Shown here: piece by piece, positions 1 to 9,564 of the stretch
Layout: each line of letters opens with the position of its first letter
How positions within the stretch are numbered: position 1 is the first letter of the stretch
From: Trueperaceae bacterium
Lineage (GTDB): Bacteria > Deinococcota > Deinococci > Deinococcales > Trueperaceae
Length of the DNA stretch: 25,714 nucleotides
NCBI GenBank assembly: GCA_035703635.1
Contig: DASSXV010000082.1
Location: 1-25,714 of the forward strand
Reading direction: 5' to 3'
Made by a program: the position numbers and the translations under genes
The notes under the pieces: generated by a model
The model's database searches: none
What the model was told of the DNA's origin: nothing
What the model saw: only the letters and a program-made list of their open reading frames with translations

Positions 1-2750
1 TCGTTGCCGCTCGCCGCGGCCTGCGCGCCCGCCTTCAGTTGCGGACCGTACTTCAGTGCCGCATGCGCCGCGGCCAAGCGCGCGATGGGCACGCGGAACG
101 GCGAGCAGCTCACGTAGTCGAGGCCGTAGCGGTGGCACAGGTGGATGGAGGCCGGGTCGCCGCCGTGCTCGCCGCAGATGCCGACCTCGAGGTCGGGGCG
201 GACGGCGCGTCCGCGTTGCGTGCCGATCTCCATGAGCTTGCCGACCCCGGCGGCATCGATGGTGGCGAACGGATTCTCCTCGAGGATGCCGTGCTCGAGG
301 TAGTACATCAGGAAGCCTTTCTCAGCGTCGTCGCGTGAGATGCCGAAGGCCGTCTGGGTGAGGTCGTTGGTGCCGAAGCTGAAGAACTCGGCCTCGGCGG
401 CCAGCTCGTCGGCGATCAGGGCCGCGCGCGGGACCTCGATCATGGTCCCGAAGTGGTAATCGACTTCCATGCGCTGCTCGGCCATTACGAGCTTGGCTTC
501 CTCCACGAGGGCGCGCTTCTGGCTGCGCAACTCGTTCACGTGGCTGACCAGCGGGATCATCACTTCAGGCCGCACGGCTACGCCCTCGCGTTTGACGGCG
601 CAGGCGGCTTCGAAGATCGCCCTCACCTGCATGCGGGTGAGTTCGGGGATGAGTATCCCCAAGCGCACGCCGCGCGTGCCCAGCATGGGGTTCGCCTCGC
701 GCAGCTCGGTCACGCGCGCCAGGTGGTCCTGCTTCTGGCGGATCACGCCAAGCGCCTGATCCATCTCCTCGAGGGTATGGAAGTGCTGGAGTTGCATCTT
801 GAGCGCCGCCAGGTCGCTAGCGAGGTTGTCGTGTGGCGGCAGGAACTCGTGGAGCGGCGGATCGATCAGGCGGATGATGACCGCGAGGCCGTCCATGGCC
901 CTGAACAACCCCTCGAAGTCGGCCCGCTGTAGGGGGAGCAACGCCGCCAACGCTTCGGCGCGCACGGTGGGGGTCTTCGCCATGATCATCTTCTGGACGA
1001 TCCCGAGGCGCTCGGACTCGAAGAACATGTGCTCGGTGCGCACGAGGCCGAGGCCCTCGGCGCCGTAAGCGCGGGCGCGCACGGCGTCGGCCGGGTAGTC
1101 GGCGTTGGCGCGCACGCCGAGCGTGCGCATCTCGTCCGCCCACGAGAGCAGCTTCGTCAAGTAGGCGTTATCGATGTCGGGGATGACCGTGGGGAGCGCT
1201 CCAAGGTAGACGTCGCCGAGGGTGCCGTCTATGGAGATGACGTCGCCCTCCTTGATGGTCTGCTCGCCGATGGTCATCTCGCGCTTGTCGAGGTCGATGG
1301 CCAGAGCGGCAACGCCGACGACCGCGGGTTTGCCGAACTGGCGCGCGACGAGGGCGGCGTGGCTAGTGCGCCCGCCTGAACTCGTGAGGATGCCGCGGGC
1401 AGCGAGCATGCCGTGGACGTCGTCTGGCTTCGTCTCCGGCCGGACCATGATGACGTCGCGCCCTTCCTTCGACCAACCCTCGGCGGTGTCCGCATCGAAC
1501 GCGATGACGCCAACGGCGGCCCCCGGCGAGACGTTGAGCCCGGAGGCCAGCTTGCCAGCCGCCTTGCGTGCGCTAGCTTCGAACTGGGGGTGCAGGAAGT
1601 AGTCCACCTGCTCGGGCTTGACGCGCCCGACGGCCTCTTCCTTGCCGAGCATGCCTTCCTCGACCATGTCGACGGCGATGCGGACTTCGGCCTGCGCGGT
1701 GCGCTTGCCGTCGCGCGTCTGCAGCACCCAGAGCTTGCCGTGCTCGACGGTGAACTCCATGTCCTGCATGTTGCGGTAGTGGCGTTCGAGCCGCTCAGCG
1801 ATGGCCTTGAACTCCGCGTACGCCGCTGGCATGACGCTGGCGAGTTCGTCTAGCGGCTGGGTGGCGCGGATGCCGGCCACCACGTCCTCACCCTGGGCGT
1901 TGACGAGGAAGTCGCCTTCGAGGTGGTTGTCGCCGGTGGTCGCGTTGCGGCTCATGGCTACGCCCGTTGCGCAGTCGTCGCCCATGTTCCCGAACACCAT
2001 GGCCTGGATGTTGACGGCGGTGCCGAGGTCGTGGCGGATGCCAGAAGCGTTGCGGTAGTCGACGGCGCGCTTGCCGTTCCATGACCTGAACACGGCCTCA
2101 GTTGCGAGCAGCAGCTGGTCGAGCGGCTCCTCTGGGAACGGCTTTCCGGTGTACGTGCGGATGATCTCCTTGAACTTGCGGGTTATCTCCTGCCAGTCTG
2201 ACGCCTTCAGCTCGGAGTCGACCTTGACGCCCGCCGCCTTGCGCCTGCCCGTGATGACGGCCTCGAAGACCTCGTCTGGCACGCCCAGCACGACGCTCCC
2301 GAACATCTGCACCAAGCGCCGGTACGAGTCGTACACGAACCGCGGGTCGCCGGTGAGGGCTACCAGCCCGGCCGCCACCTTGTCGTTGAGCCCTAGGTTG
2401 AGGATGGTGTCCATCATCCCCGGCATGGAGAACTTGGCGCCGGAGCGGCACGATACGAGCAGCGGGCGCGACGGGTCGCCGAAGGCTTTGCCAGTGCTCT
2501 CCTCGATGTGGGCAAGTGCGGCGAGTTCTTGTTCCCATAGCCCTTCAGGGAACTTGTTGCCGCCAGCGAGGAACTCGTTGCAGCCTCTCGTGGTGACGGT
2601 GAAGCCAGGTGGCACCGGAACACCAAGGCGGGTCATGTCGCCCAGGTTGGCGCCCTTGCCGCCAAGGAGGGCGCGCGCGCCATCCCAACTGCCGGTCAAC
2701 TTCTCGGCTTCACCGACTTCTGAGAACTGGTAGACCCACTTCTTGCTCAT
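1..2750 (-). CDS. ppdK: Pyruvate, phosphate dikinase (3' end runs off the left edge of the window; partial)
   Basis: Read manually on the minus strand from ATG at 2750 (RBS AAAGGA upstream): MSKKWVYQFSEV...LLGGKGANLGDM...VNIQAMVFGNMG...NAQGEDVVAGIR...GGRTSHAALVAR (phospho-His motif)...FFSFGTNDLTQ...GICGEHGGDP...CSPFRVPIARLAAA. No stop codon lies inside the window, which is why the ORF track lacks it. Confidence 0.97.
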   Translation of the reverse strand, partial: MSKKWVYQFSEVGEAEKLTGSWDGARALLGGKGANLGDMTRLGVPVPPGFTVTTRGCNEFLAGGNKFPEGLWEQELAALAHIEESTGKAFGDPSRPLLVSCRSGAKFSMPGMMDTILNLGLNDKVAAGLVALTGDPRFVYDSYRRLVQMFGSVVLGVPDEVFEAVITGRRKAAGVKVDSELKASDWQEITRKFKEIIRTYTGKPFPEEPLDQLLLATEAVFRSWNGKRAVDYRNASGIRHDLGTAVNIQAMVFGNMGDDCATGVAMSRNATTGDNHLEGDFLVNAQGEDVVAGIRATQPLDELASVMPAAYAEFKAIAERLERHYRNMQDMEFTVEHGKLWVLQTRDGKRTAQAEVRIAVDMVEEGMLGKEEAVGRVKPEQVDYFLHPQFEASARKAAGKLASGLNVSPGAAVGVIAFDADTAEGWSKEGRDVIMVRPETKPDDVHGMLAARGILTSSGGRTSHAALVARQFGKPAVVGVAALAIDLDKREMTIGEQTIKEGDVISIDGTLGDVYLGALPTVIPDIDNAYLTKLLSWADEMRTLGVRANADYPADAVRARAYGAEGLGLVRTEHMFFESERLGIVQKMIMAKTPTVRAEALAALLPLQRADFEGLFRAMDGLAVIIRLIDPPLHEFLPPHDNLASDLAALKMQLQHFHTLEEMDQALGVIRQKQDHLARVTELREANPMLGTRGVRLGILIPELTRMQVRAIFEAACAVKREGVAVRPEVMIPLVSHVNELRSQKRALVEEAKLVMAEQRMEVDYHFGTMIEVPRAALIADELAAEAEFFSFGTNDLTQTAFGISRDDAEKGFLMYYLEHGILEENPFATIDAAGVGKLMEIGTQRGRAVRPDLEVGICGEHGGDPASIHLCHRYGLDYVSCSPFRVPIARLAAAHAALKYGPQLKAGAQAAASGN

Positions 2751-2850
2751 GGCGGTCCTTTCTGGACGCAGTGAACGAAGTGGCTCATGCCAGGTGGACA
2801 TCGCGTCCGTTTGCGGCCTGTTCCGCCTACGCGGCAACAGGGACTGTGCC

Positions 2851-3867
2851 TCAGCTACCCACTCGGTAACCGAACGAGTAGCCGCTAAGCGCCTTGAGGT
2901 AGTTGGCGCGCTCGAAGGCCTCCGGGTCGGGCGCCGAGCGTTGCGAGAGGGCGCCGCGCAACTCGATCACATCGTCGTAATCGTGTTCGCGCATCCAGGC
3001 CACCAGCTCAACCAGCACCTGCGTGACGTACTCGGGCCCGTTCTTCAGTAGCGCGGAGGTCATGGTGATGACGTCTGCCCCCACGAGCAGCAACTTGGCG
3101 ACGTCCTTGGCGTCGTGCACGCCGCCGGAGCCCGCGAGGTCGAGGCGCACCTTGCCGCGCAAGATGGCTATCCAGCGGAGCGCGAGGCGCGACTCGAGGC
3201 TAGACGAGAGCACGAGGTGAGGGTTGACGGTCAGCTCGTCCAGGTCGATGTCTGGTTGGTAGAAGCGGTTGAAGAGCACGACGCCCTTGGCGCCCGCGTG
3301 GGCTATGCCCTGCACGAGGTGCGGCAGGGAGGAGTACCACGGCCCCACCTTGACCGCCACCGGCACCCGCACGGTGCTCGTGACCGCCGCGACCGTGTCG
3401 AGGGTGCGGCGCTCCACCTCCTCCGCGCTAGCGTCTGGGTCCGTGGCGAGGAAGTAGACGTTGAGCTCGATGGCGTCCGCGCCCGCCTCCTCCAACTGCT
3501 TGGCGTACTGTGTCCAGCCGCCTGAACGGTGCCCGTTGAGGCTCGCGATGACCGGCACGGAGATGCAGGCCTTGGCGGCCTCTAAGTGGCGCAGGTAGGC
3601 GCTGGCCCCGATGGGTTCGCCGGTGAACGGGTCGAAGTAGCCGGTGATCTCTGGCGAGATCGCGTGCCCCACGACGTTGAGGTCGTCGAGCAGCTGCTCC
3701 TCACGCTCGAGCTGCTCCTCGAACAGCGACGGCAGCACGACCGCGCCAACGCCGGCGTCATCGAGGCGGCGCAGGGTGTCGAGGTGGCCAGTGAGCGGCG
3801 AGGAGGACGCCACCAGCGGGTTGCGCAGCGACAGCCCTAGGTACATGGTCGACAGGCGCGGGCTCAT
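2851..3867 (-). CDS. Dihydroorotate dehydrogenase-like FMN protein (PFOR-associated, non-canonical), 338 aa
   Basis: The start is better placed at ATG 3867 (MSPRLSTMYLGLSLRNPLVASSSPL), which forms an ATGA overlap with the PFOR stop and has a GGAGG RBS, than at 4077. DHOD-fold motifs are present: LRNP, GADAIELN, PVAVK, VLFNR, GSGGVH, LLVGAD. Confidence 0.88.
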   Translation of the reverse strand: MSPRLSTMYLGLSLRNPLVASSSPLTGHLDTLRRLDDAGVGAVVLPSLFEEQLEREEQLLDDLNVVGHAISPEITGYFDPFTGEPIGASAYLRHLEAAKACISVPVIASLNGHRSGGWTQYAKQLEEAGADAIELNVYFLATDPDASAEEVERRTLDTVAAVTSTVRVPVAVKVGPWYSSLPHLVQGIAHAGAKGVVLFNRFYQPDIDLDELTVNPHLVLSSSLESRLALRWIAILRGKVRLDLAGSGGVHDAKDVAKLLLVGADVITMTSALLKNGPEYVTQVLVELVAWMREHDYDDVIELRGALSQRSAPDPEAFERANYLKALSGYSFGYRVGS

Positions 3868-6800
3868 GCTTCTACCTCCGGTTCTGTGCGGACCGTGGCC
3901 AGCGCCCTGGCAGCGTCGCCACTCGCCTTGTCGGGCATCTCGTGGTGGACGGCCGCGAGTTGTTCGTAGAGGGCGCGGCGCGCTTTGGCGTCTGCTTCGG
4001 CGAGCTGCATCAGGGCCGCGGCGCGTTCCGGCTGGCTGCGGGCGAGGACCGAGAAGCGCCCCTCCCGCGAAGCCCATTCGGATAGCGACGCCTTGGGGGG
4101 CCGCGAGTCGAGCACTAGTGGCTGGCCGCCGCCTTCCTTGAGGGCTTCCTGCGGGTCGTAGTGATAGAGGGTTAGGTAGCCGGCCCTGACGGCGTCGCGT
4201 TGGTGGGTCATCATCGTGCGCAGGTCGATGCCGTGGGCGATGCAGGGGCTGTAGGCGATGATCAGGCTCGGGCCCGGCCAGGCCGCGGCTGCCCTGAGCA
4301 CGTCGATGGTCTGCTTGGGGCTGGCCCCCATGGCTATCTGCGCGACGTAGACGTTGCCGTAGGCCATGGCTATCTGGCCGAGGTCCTTCTTGCCGACGGA
4401 CTTGCCGCTGGCGGCGAACTTGGCAACGGCCGCGCGTGGCGTGGACTTGGACGCCTGACCCCCAGTGTTGCTGTAGACCTCCGTGTCTAGCACGAGGACG
4501 TTGATGTCGCGGCCCGTCGCCAGGACGTGGTCGAGGCCACCGAAGCCGATGTCGTACGCCCAGCCATCGCCGCCCACAATCCAGAGCTGCCGGTAGACCA
4601 GCGTCTCGGCTACCGTGCGCAGGCGCGCGCAGTCGCGGCGCTCGCCCTCCGTCAGGTCACTGACCTGCTCGAGCGCGTCAAGCCTCGTGAGGAGCTCTGC
4701 GACGCGCTCGCGCTGCGCCGCCATGCCCTCTTCGTCCCTGGCGTCCGCTCCGCGCAGCAGTGCGGTGACCAGGTTGTCGCCTAGGCGCGCGCCCAGCCGC
4801 CCGACGAGGTCAGTCGCCTGCTCAGCACGCGCGTCCACGGCCAGGCGCATGCCGAGGCCGAACTCCGCAGCGTCCTCGAAGAGTGAGTTCGACCAGGCGG
4901 GGCCCCTACCCTCGGCCGTCTGCGCCCACGGGGTGGTGGGGAGGTTGGCGCCGTAGATGGAGGAGCAGCCGGTGGCGTTCGCCACGACCAGGTGATCGCC
5001 GAAGAGCTGAGTTAGGAGCTTTAGGTACGGCGTCTCGCCGCAACCAGCGCAGGCGCCGGAGAACTCGAACAGCGGCTCGCGCAACTGCGAGGCCTTGATG
5101 GGGTCGAGGGCGTCGAAGCTCGGGCGCGGGTAAGGCAGGTTCTCGTAGAACGCCCAGTTGGCGCGCTCCTGCTCGAGGTGAGCGACCTTGGGTTCGAGGT
5201 TGATGGCCTTGACCTTGAGGTCCGTCTTGTCGCGCGCCGGGCAGACGTCGACGCACACGCCGCAGCCTGTGCAGTCGTCTGGCGCGAGCTGCACGATGAA
5301 GGCGTGGTCCTTGAGCGACTCGTCGCGGCCCGTCCACGGCGTCCACTTGAAGCCGTCGGGAGCGCCGGCAAGCAAGTCTTGAGGCACTGCGTTGACGCGG
5401 ATGGCCGCGTGGGGGCAAGCGAGGGCGCAGAGGTTGCACTGGGTGCAGATGTCCTGCTGCCAGATGGGCACCTCGAAGGCGATCGAGCGCTTCTCCCACT
5501 TACCGGTGTTGGTCGGGTAGGTGCCGTCGATGGGGAACGCGGAGACGGGCAGGTGGTCGCCCTCTCCCGCCATGATCCGGGCGGTTACGCGCTGCACGAA
5601 CTCCGGGGCGTTCTCAGGGACGAGGGCGAAACGCCGGTAGGCGCTCTCACCCGCGGTGGGGACGGGCACGGCGTGCAGGTTGTCGACGGCGGCGTCGACT
5701 GCCGCGTGGTTCCGGGCCAGCACGGTGCCGCCGCGCTTGCCGTAGGTGCGGTCGATGGCGGCCTTGATGGCCGCTAGCGCCTCGTCGCGCGGCAGGACGC
5801 CGGAGAGCGCGAAGAAGCAGGTCTGCATGACGGTGTTGACGCGCGAACCGAGGCCGACCTCGTGCGCCACGCGGTCGCCGTCGATGGTGAAGAGCTTGAG
5901 CTCGCGTTCCCTTATCAGGCGCTGCGCTTCGACGGGCAGCTGCCCCCACAGCTCGTCAGCTCGAAACGGGGCGTTGAAGAGGACGGTGGCGCCGTGCGCC
6001 GCCAGGCCGAGGACGTCCCGCGAGAAGAGGAGTTCGAAGCGGTGAACGCCGATGAAACCGGCCGACTCGATGAGGTAAGGGCTGGCCACGGGCGCGGGAC
6101 CGAAGCGCAGGTGGGAGACGGTGACCGCTCCAGACTTCTTGGAGTCGTAAACGAAGTAGCCCTGGGCGTCTAGCTCGGTCTGCTCGCCGATGATCTTGAC
6201 GCTGTTCTTGGTGGCGCCCACCGTGCCGTCGCTGCCGAGGCCGTAGAACACGGCGCGGGTGACGTCCTGCCGTTCGGTGGTGAAGGCCTCGTCGGCTTTG
6301 AGGGAGAGGTGGGTGACGTCATCCACGATGCCGACCGTGAACGAGTGGGGTGCGCGCGGCTCCAGCAGGCCGTCGACGGCCGCTTTGGCCATGCGCGGCG
6401 TGAACTCCTTGCTGCCGAGGCCGTAGCGGCCGTTAAGAACCCGCGGGCGGGTGGCGCCGTCGGTCCACTGCTCGGCGAGGGCGGTGAGGACGTCCTGGTA
6501 GAGCGGTTCGCCGGCGGCCCCCGGCTCCTTCGTGCGGTCGAGGACGACGATGCCGCGCACGGTCGTGGGTAAGGCCGCAACGAAGCCAGCCGAGTCGAAC
6601 GGGCGGTAGAGGCGCACGTTGAGCAAGCCGACTTTCTGGCCTTCTGCCACGAGGCGGTCTACGGCTTCGCGTGCGGCCACGGCTCCGGAGCCCATGACCA
6701 CGAGGACGCGCTCGGCGTCCGGCGCGCCGGTGTAGTCGAAGTTGCGGTAATGCCGCCCCGTGCGCGCCCCGAACTCTTCGAAGAGGCCGCTAACGATGCT

Positions 6801-7520
6801 CGGTACGGCCAGGTAGTAGCTGTTCGCCGCCTCACGCGATTGGAAGAAGACGTCTGGGTTCTGGGCCGTGCCGCGCAGCACCGGCCGGTCGGGGTCGAGC
6901 GCACGGGCGCGGTGCGCCGCTACCAGCTCCTCCGGAATGAACTCCCTGAGGATTTCCTCCGGCAGGGCCTCGACGCGCGCTACTTCATGGCTAGTGCGGA
7001 AGCCGTCCTGCACGTGCAGGAACGGCACGCGCGAGCGCAGGGTAGCGGCCTGGGCTATGAGCGCGAAGTCTTGCGCCTCCTGCACCGAGCTCGCGAAAAG
7101 CATGGCCCAGCCGGTCGAGCGCGCGGCCATGACGTCTGAGTGATCTCCGAATATCGACAGGGCGTGCGTGGCTATCGACCGCGCCGCGATGTGGATGACG
7201 GCCGCCGTCAGCTCGCCCGCGATCTTGAACATGTTCGGGATCATGAGCAGTAGGCCCTGGGACGAGGTGAAGGTGGTGGTGATCGCGCCTGCTTGCAGGG
7301 CGCCGTGGACGGTGCCTGCCGCCCCCGCCTCACTCTGCAACTGCACGACTTGAGGCACCTGACCCCAGAGGTTGCGGCGCCCCGCCGCCGACCAGGCGTC
7401 GGCGAACTCCCCCATGGCGGAGGCCGGGGTGATGGGGTAGATGGCTATGACTTCGTTGAGCTGGTGAGCCACCCTAGCGGTGGCCTCGTTCCCGTCGACC
7501 ACGATGCGCGTACCAGTCAC
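3864..7520 (-). CDS. nifJ: Pyruvate:ferredoxin (flavodoxin) oxidoreductase, single-chain NifJ type, 1218 aa
   Basis: Motifs: YPITP, QSEAGAAG, two ferredoxin motifs (CTQCNLCALACP, CTGCGVCVDVCP), FSGACAGCGE and the TPP-binding GGDGWAYDIG...NTGGQ. GTG start with AGGGAG RBS. Confidence 0.97.
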   Translation of the reverse strand: MTGTRIVVDGNEATARVAHQLNEVIAIYPITPASAMGEFADAWSAAGRRNLWGQVPQVVQLQSEAGAAGTVHGALQAGAITTTFTSSQGLLLMIPNMFKIAGELTAAVIHIAARSIATHALSIFGDHSDVMAARSTGWAMLFASSVQEAQDFALIAQAATLRSRVPFLHVQDGFRTSHEVARVEALPEEILREFIPEELVAAHRARALDPDRPVLRGTAQNPDVFFQSREAANSYYLAVPSIVSGLFEEFGARTGRHYRNFDYTGAPDAERVLVVMGSGAVAAREAVDRLVAEGQKVGLLNVRLYRPFDSAGFVAALPTTVRGIVVLDRTKEPGAAGEPLYQDVLTALAEQWTDGATRPRVLNGRYGLGSKEFTPRMAKAAVDGLLEPRAPHSFTVGIVDDVTHLSLKADEAFTTERQDVTRAVFYGLGSDGTVGATKNSVKIIGEQTELDAQGYFVYDSKKSGAVTVSHLRFGPAPVASPYLIESAGFIGVHRFELLFSRDVLGLAAHGATVLFNAPFRADELWGQLPVEAQRLIRERELKLFTIDGDRVAHEVGLGSRVNTVMQTCFFALSGVLPRDEALAAIKAAIDRTYGKRGGTVLARNHAAVDAAVDNLHAVPVPTAGESAYRRFALVPENAPEFVQRVTARIMAGEGDHLPVSAFPIDGTYPTNTGKWEKRSIAFEVPIWQQDICTQCNLCALACPHAAIRVNAVPQDLLAGAPDGFKWTPWTGRDESLKDHAFIVQLAPDDCTGCGVCVDVCPARDKTDLKVKAINLEPKVAHLEQERANWAFYENLPYPRPSFDALDPIKASQLREPLFEFSGACAGCGETPYLKLLTQLFGDHLVVANATGCSSIYGANLPTTPWAQTAEGRGPAWSNSLFEDAAEFGLGMRLAVDARAEQATDLVGRLGARLGDNLVTALLRGADARDEEGMAAQRERVAELLTRLDALEQVSDLTEGERRDCARLRTVAETLVYRQLWIVGGDGWAYDIGFGGLDHVLATGRDINVLVLDTEVYSNTGGQASKSTPRAAVAKFAASGKSVGKKDLGQIAMAYGNVYVAQIAMGASPKQTIDVLRAAAAWPGPSLIIAYSPCIAHGIDLRTMMTHQRDAVRAGYLTLYHYDPQEALKEGGGQPLVLDSRPPKASLSEWASREGRFSVLARSQPERAAALMQLAEADAKARRALYEQLAAVHHEMPDKASGDAARALATVRTEPEVEA

Positions 7521-7572
7521 GGTGGGCTCCCTTCTCAGTCGCCCAGTCCGGCCCCCAAGCAGAAGGCCGGTC

Positions 7573-7618
7573 GGGCCTCAAGTCCAGGGTAGTGGGAGGA
7601 GGCAGGGGCATATGGCCT
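7573..7618. promoter_or_regulatory. Two imperfect palindromic boxes (GGGCC-TCAA-GTCCA and GGGGC-ATAT-GGCCT) flanking a candidate minus-strand -10 (TACCCT, 7586-7591) upstream of PFOR
   Basis: Boxes at 7573-7586 and 7605-7618, 32 bp apart. They resemble the GGGAC-N4-GNCCC core of DosR/DevR-type sites. The function is inferred only. Confidence 0.3.
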
Positions 7619-7751
7619 TGGGGCCGAGGAACCCGCCTTGCCGAGCGCGGCCTCGTGACCGACCGGTATCATGCGCGAGCAGTAGTACCTGAGATGGCAC
7701 GCCAAGCGCACGTCCCCGAGCGGGGTCGGCCTGGGGCGTGACGCGCGCGAG

Positions 7752-9482
7752 GTGAACGTGGAGCATAATCTGAAGTCTGCTGGCGACTACTACGACCTAG
7801 GGGCGTACTCGCGGCCGATAAACAATCAGGCGCCAGCGGCGCAACTGTGGTTCGACCGTGGCCTCAACTGGTGCTACGGCTACCACCACGAGGAGGCGAT
7901 CGCCTGCTTCCAGCGCGCGGTGGAAGCAGACCCGGGTTGCGCCATGGCCTACTGGGGAGTCGCTTACGCGGCGGGCTGCAACTACAACAAGCCGTGGGAG
8001 GCGTTCCTCGAAGAGGAGCGGGAGGCTGCGCTGGCGCTAGCTCGCGAAGCCGTGGGGCTTGCCGCTAAGGCCGTCGCGGACGCTGGCCCGGCCGCCTGGC
8101 CGGCAGAAGCGGCCCTGGTGGCCGCCCTGCAACGCCGCTACCCAGCAGCAGGCGCGCAGGGAGCGGAGCCATTCCAAGCCTGGAACGACGACTACGCCGC
8201 GGCCATGCGCGAGGTGTACGCCGTGCACGGCGCCGACGCCGACGTGGCCGCCCTGTTCGCGGAGGCGCTCATCAACCGCACGCCATGGCAACTCTGGGAC
8301 TTGGCAACCGGGGACCCAGCCGAGGGGGCGGACACCCTCGAAGCTCAAGCGGTGCTCGAGCGGGCCAACGAGCAGCGCGAGGCAGCTGGCGCTTTGCCGC
8401 ACCCAGGCCTGCTCCACATCTACATCCACACCATGGAGATGTCGCCACGCCCGGAAGCGGCCCTGCGTGCCGCCGACGCGCTGCGTGACCTGGTGCCAGA
8501 CGCTGGCCACTTGCGCCACATGGCGTCGCACATAGACGTGCTGTGCGGTAACTACCACGACTCGCTGGTGGCCAACGAGCACGCGATCGCGGCAGACGAC
8601 ATACTCTTCGCCCGTGCGGATGGCACGGAGTTCTACACCCTCTACCGGTGCCACAACATTCACTTCAAGATCTACTCCGCGCTGTTCCTCGGTCAGCTGC
8701 AGCCGGCGCTAGAGGGATCGCGGCAGCTCGAAGCTGCGCTGCCTGAGGAGCTGTTGCGCGTGCAACTGCCGCCCATGGCGGACTGGCTCGAGGGGTTCTT
8801 GAGCATGCGCGTGCACGTCCTCATCCGCTTCGGGCGCTGGCAAGACGTGCTCGACCTCCCGCTGCCAGCCGACGAGGAGCTCTACTGCGTAACGACGGCG
8901 ATGCTGCGTTACGCGCGCGGTGTGGCGCTTGCCGCCCTAGGAGACGTGCCCGGCGCCCTGGTCGAGCAGCGCGAGTTCCGGGTAGCCACCGCCAGGGTGC
9001 CAGCCAGCCGCACGGTGTTCAACAACACGTGCCTCGCCGTTCTCGGCGTGGCGGACCAGATGCTCGAGGGCGAGTTGCGTTACCGCGCGCGCGACTACGA
9101 CGAGGCGTTCGCCGCGCTGCGCGAGGCGATCGCCCTGTCCGACAGCCTCCCGTACGACGAGCCGTGGGCCTGGATGCAACCGGTGCGCCACGCGCTCGGC
9201 GCCCTGCTGCTCGAGCAGGGCCGCGTTGAAGAAGCGCTAGAGGCGTACCGCGACGATCTTGGCCTCACGCGGCGAGTGCCGCGCGCGCTGCAACACTCAG
9301 ACAACGTGTGGGCGCTGCACGGCCTCGTCGAGTGCTTGGAGCGCCTAGGTCGCCAAGATGAAGCCGACGTGTTCCGGCCTAGGCTGGCCCTCGCCGTAGC
9401 GCGGGCGGACGTCGCGATCGGTTCGTCGTGCTTCTGCCGCCTGGAGGAGGCGCCGGCTGCTGGTGGGCACTGCTGCCACTGA
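7752..9482 (+). CDS. Tetratricopeptide-repeat (TPR) protein of unknown function, ~576 aa
   Basis: TPR-like helices (AQLWFDRGL...EEAIACFQRAVEADPGCAMAYWG; HALGALLLEQGRVEEALEAY). His clusters HPGLLHIYIH and GHLRHMASH. C-terminal SSCFCR...HCCH. The start may be GTG 7758 (GAGGTGA RBS). Confidence 0.85.
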   Translation: MNVEHNLKSAGDYYDLGAYSRPINNQAPAAQLWFDRGLNWCYGYHHEEAIACFQRAVEADPGCAMAYWGVAYAAGCNYNKPWEAFLEEEREAALALAREAVGLAAKAVADAGPAAWPAEAALVAALQRRYPAAGAQGAEPFQAWNDDYAAAMREVYAVHGADADVAALFAEALINRTPWQLWDLATGDPAEGADTLEAQAVLERANEQREAAGALPHPGLLHIYIHTMEMSPRPEAALRAADALRDLVPDAGHLRHMASHIDVLCGNYHDSLVANEHAIAADDILFARADGTEFYTLYRCHNIHFKIYSALFLGQLQPALEGSRQLEAALPEELLRVQLPPMADWLEGFLSMRVHVLIRFGRWQDVLDLPLPADEELYCVTTAMLRYARGVALAALGDVPGALVEQREFRVATARVPASRTVFNNTCLAVLGVADQMLEGELRYRARDYDEAFAALREAIALSDSLPYDEPWAWMQPVRHALGALLLEQGRVEEALEAYRDDLGLTRRVPRALQHSDNVWALHGLVECLERLGRQDEADVFRPRLALAVARADVAIGSSCFCRLEEAPAAGGHCCH

Positions 9483-9564
9483 GTCGAGGCGGCGCAGAAT
9501 GGCCGCAGTGCGAGGGACCGCACCTTCAGCTACGAGCAGTTGCTCGGCTTAGGCCCGTCGCGGC

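Noticed and set aside
39-2869. Many plus-strand and short minus-strand ORFs in the track
   Set aside because: Shadow ORFs over ppdK, typical of GC-rich DNA. The same applies to overlapping ORFs elsewhere in the window.
3868-4077. 70-aa N-terminal extension of the DHOD-like ORF
   Set aside because: It overlaps PFOR and has an Arg/Pro-rich non-coding character. ATG 3867 has an RBS and an ATGA overlap.
9483-9564. Two small hairpins (GTGCG/CGCAC, CGAGCA/TGCTCG) between convergent genes, and a short peptide-like reading (RDRTFSYEQLL)
   Set aside because: Short stems without a U-tract, so no terminator can be supported. The peptide is too short to call a gene remnant.
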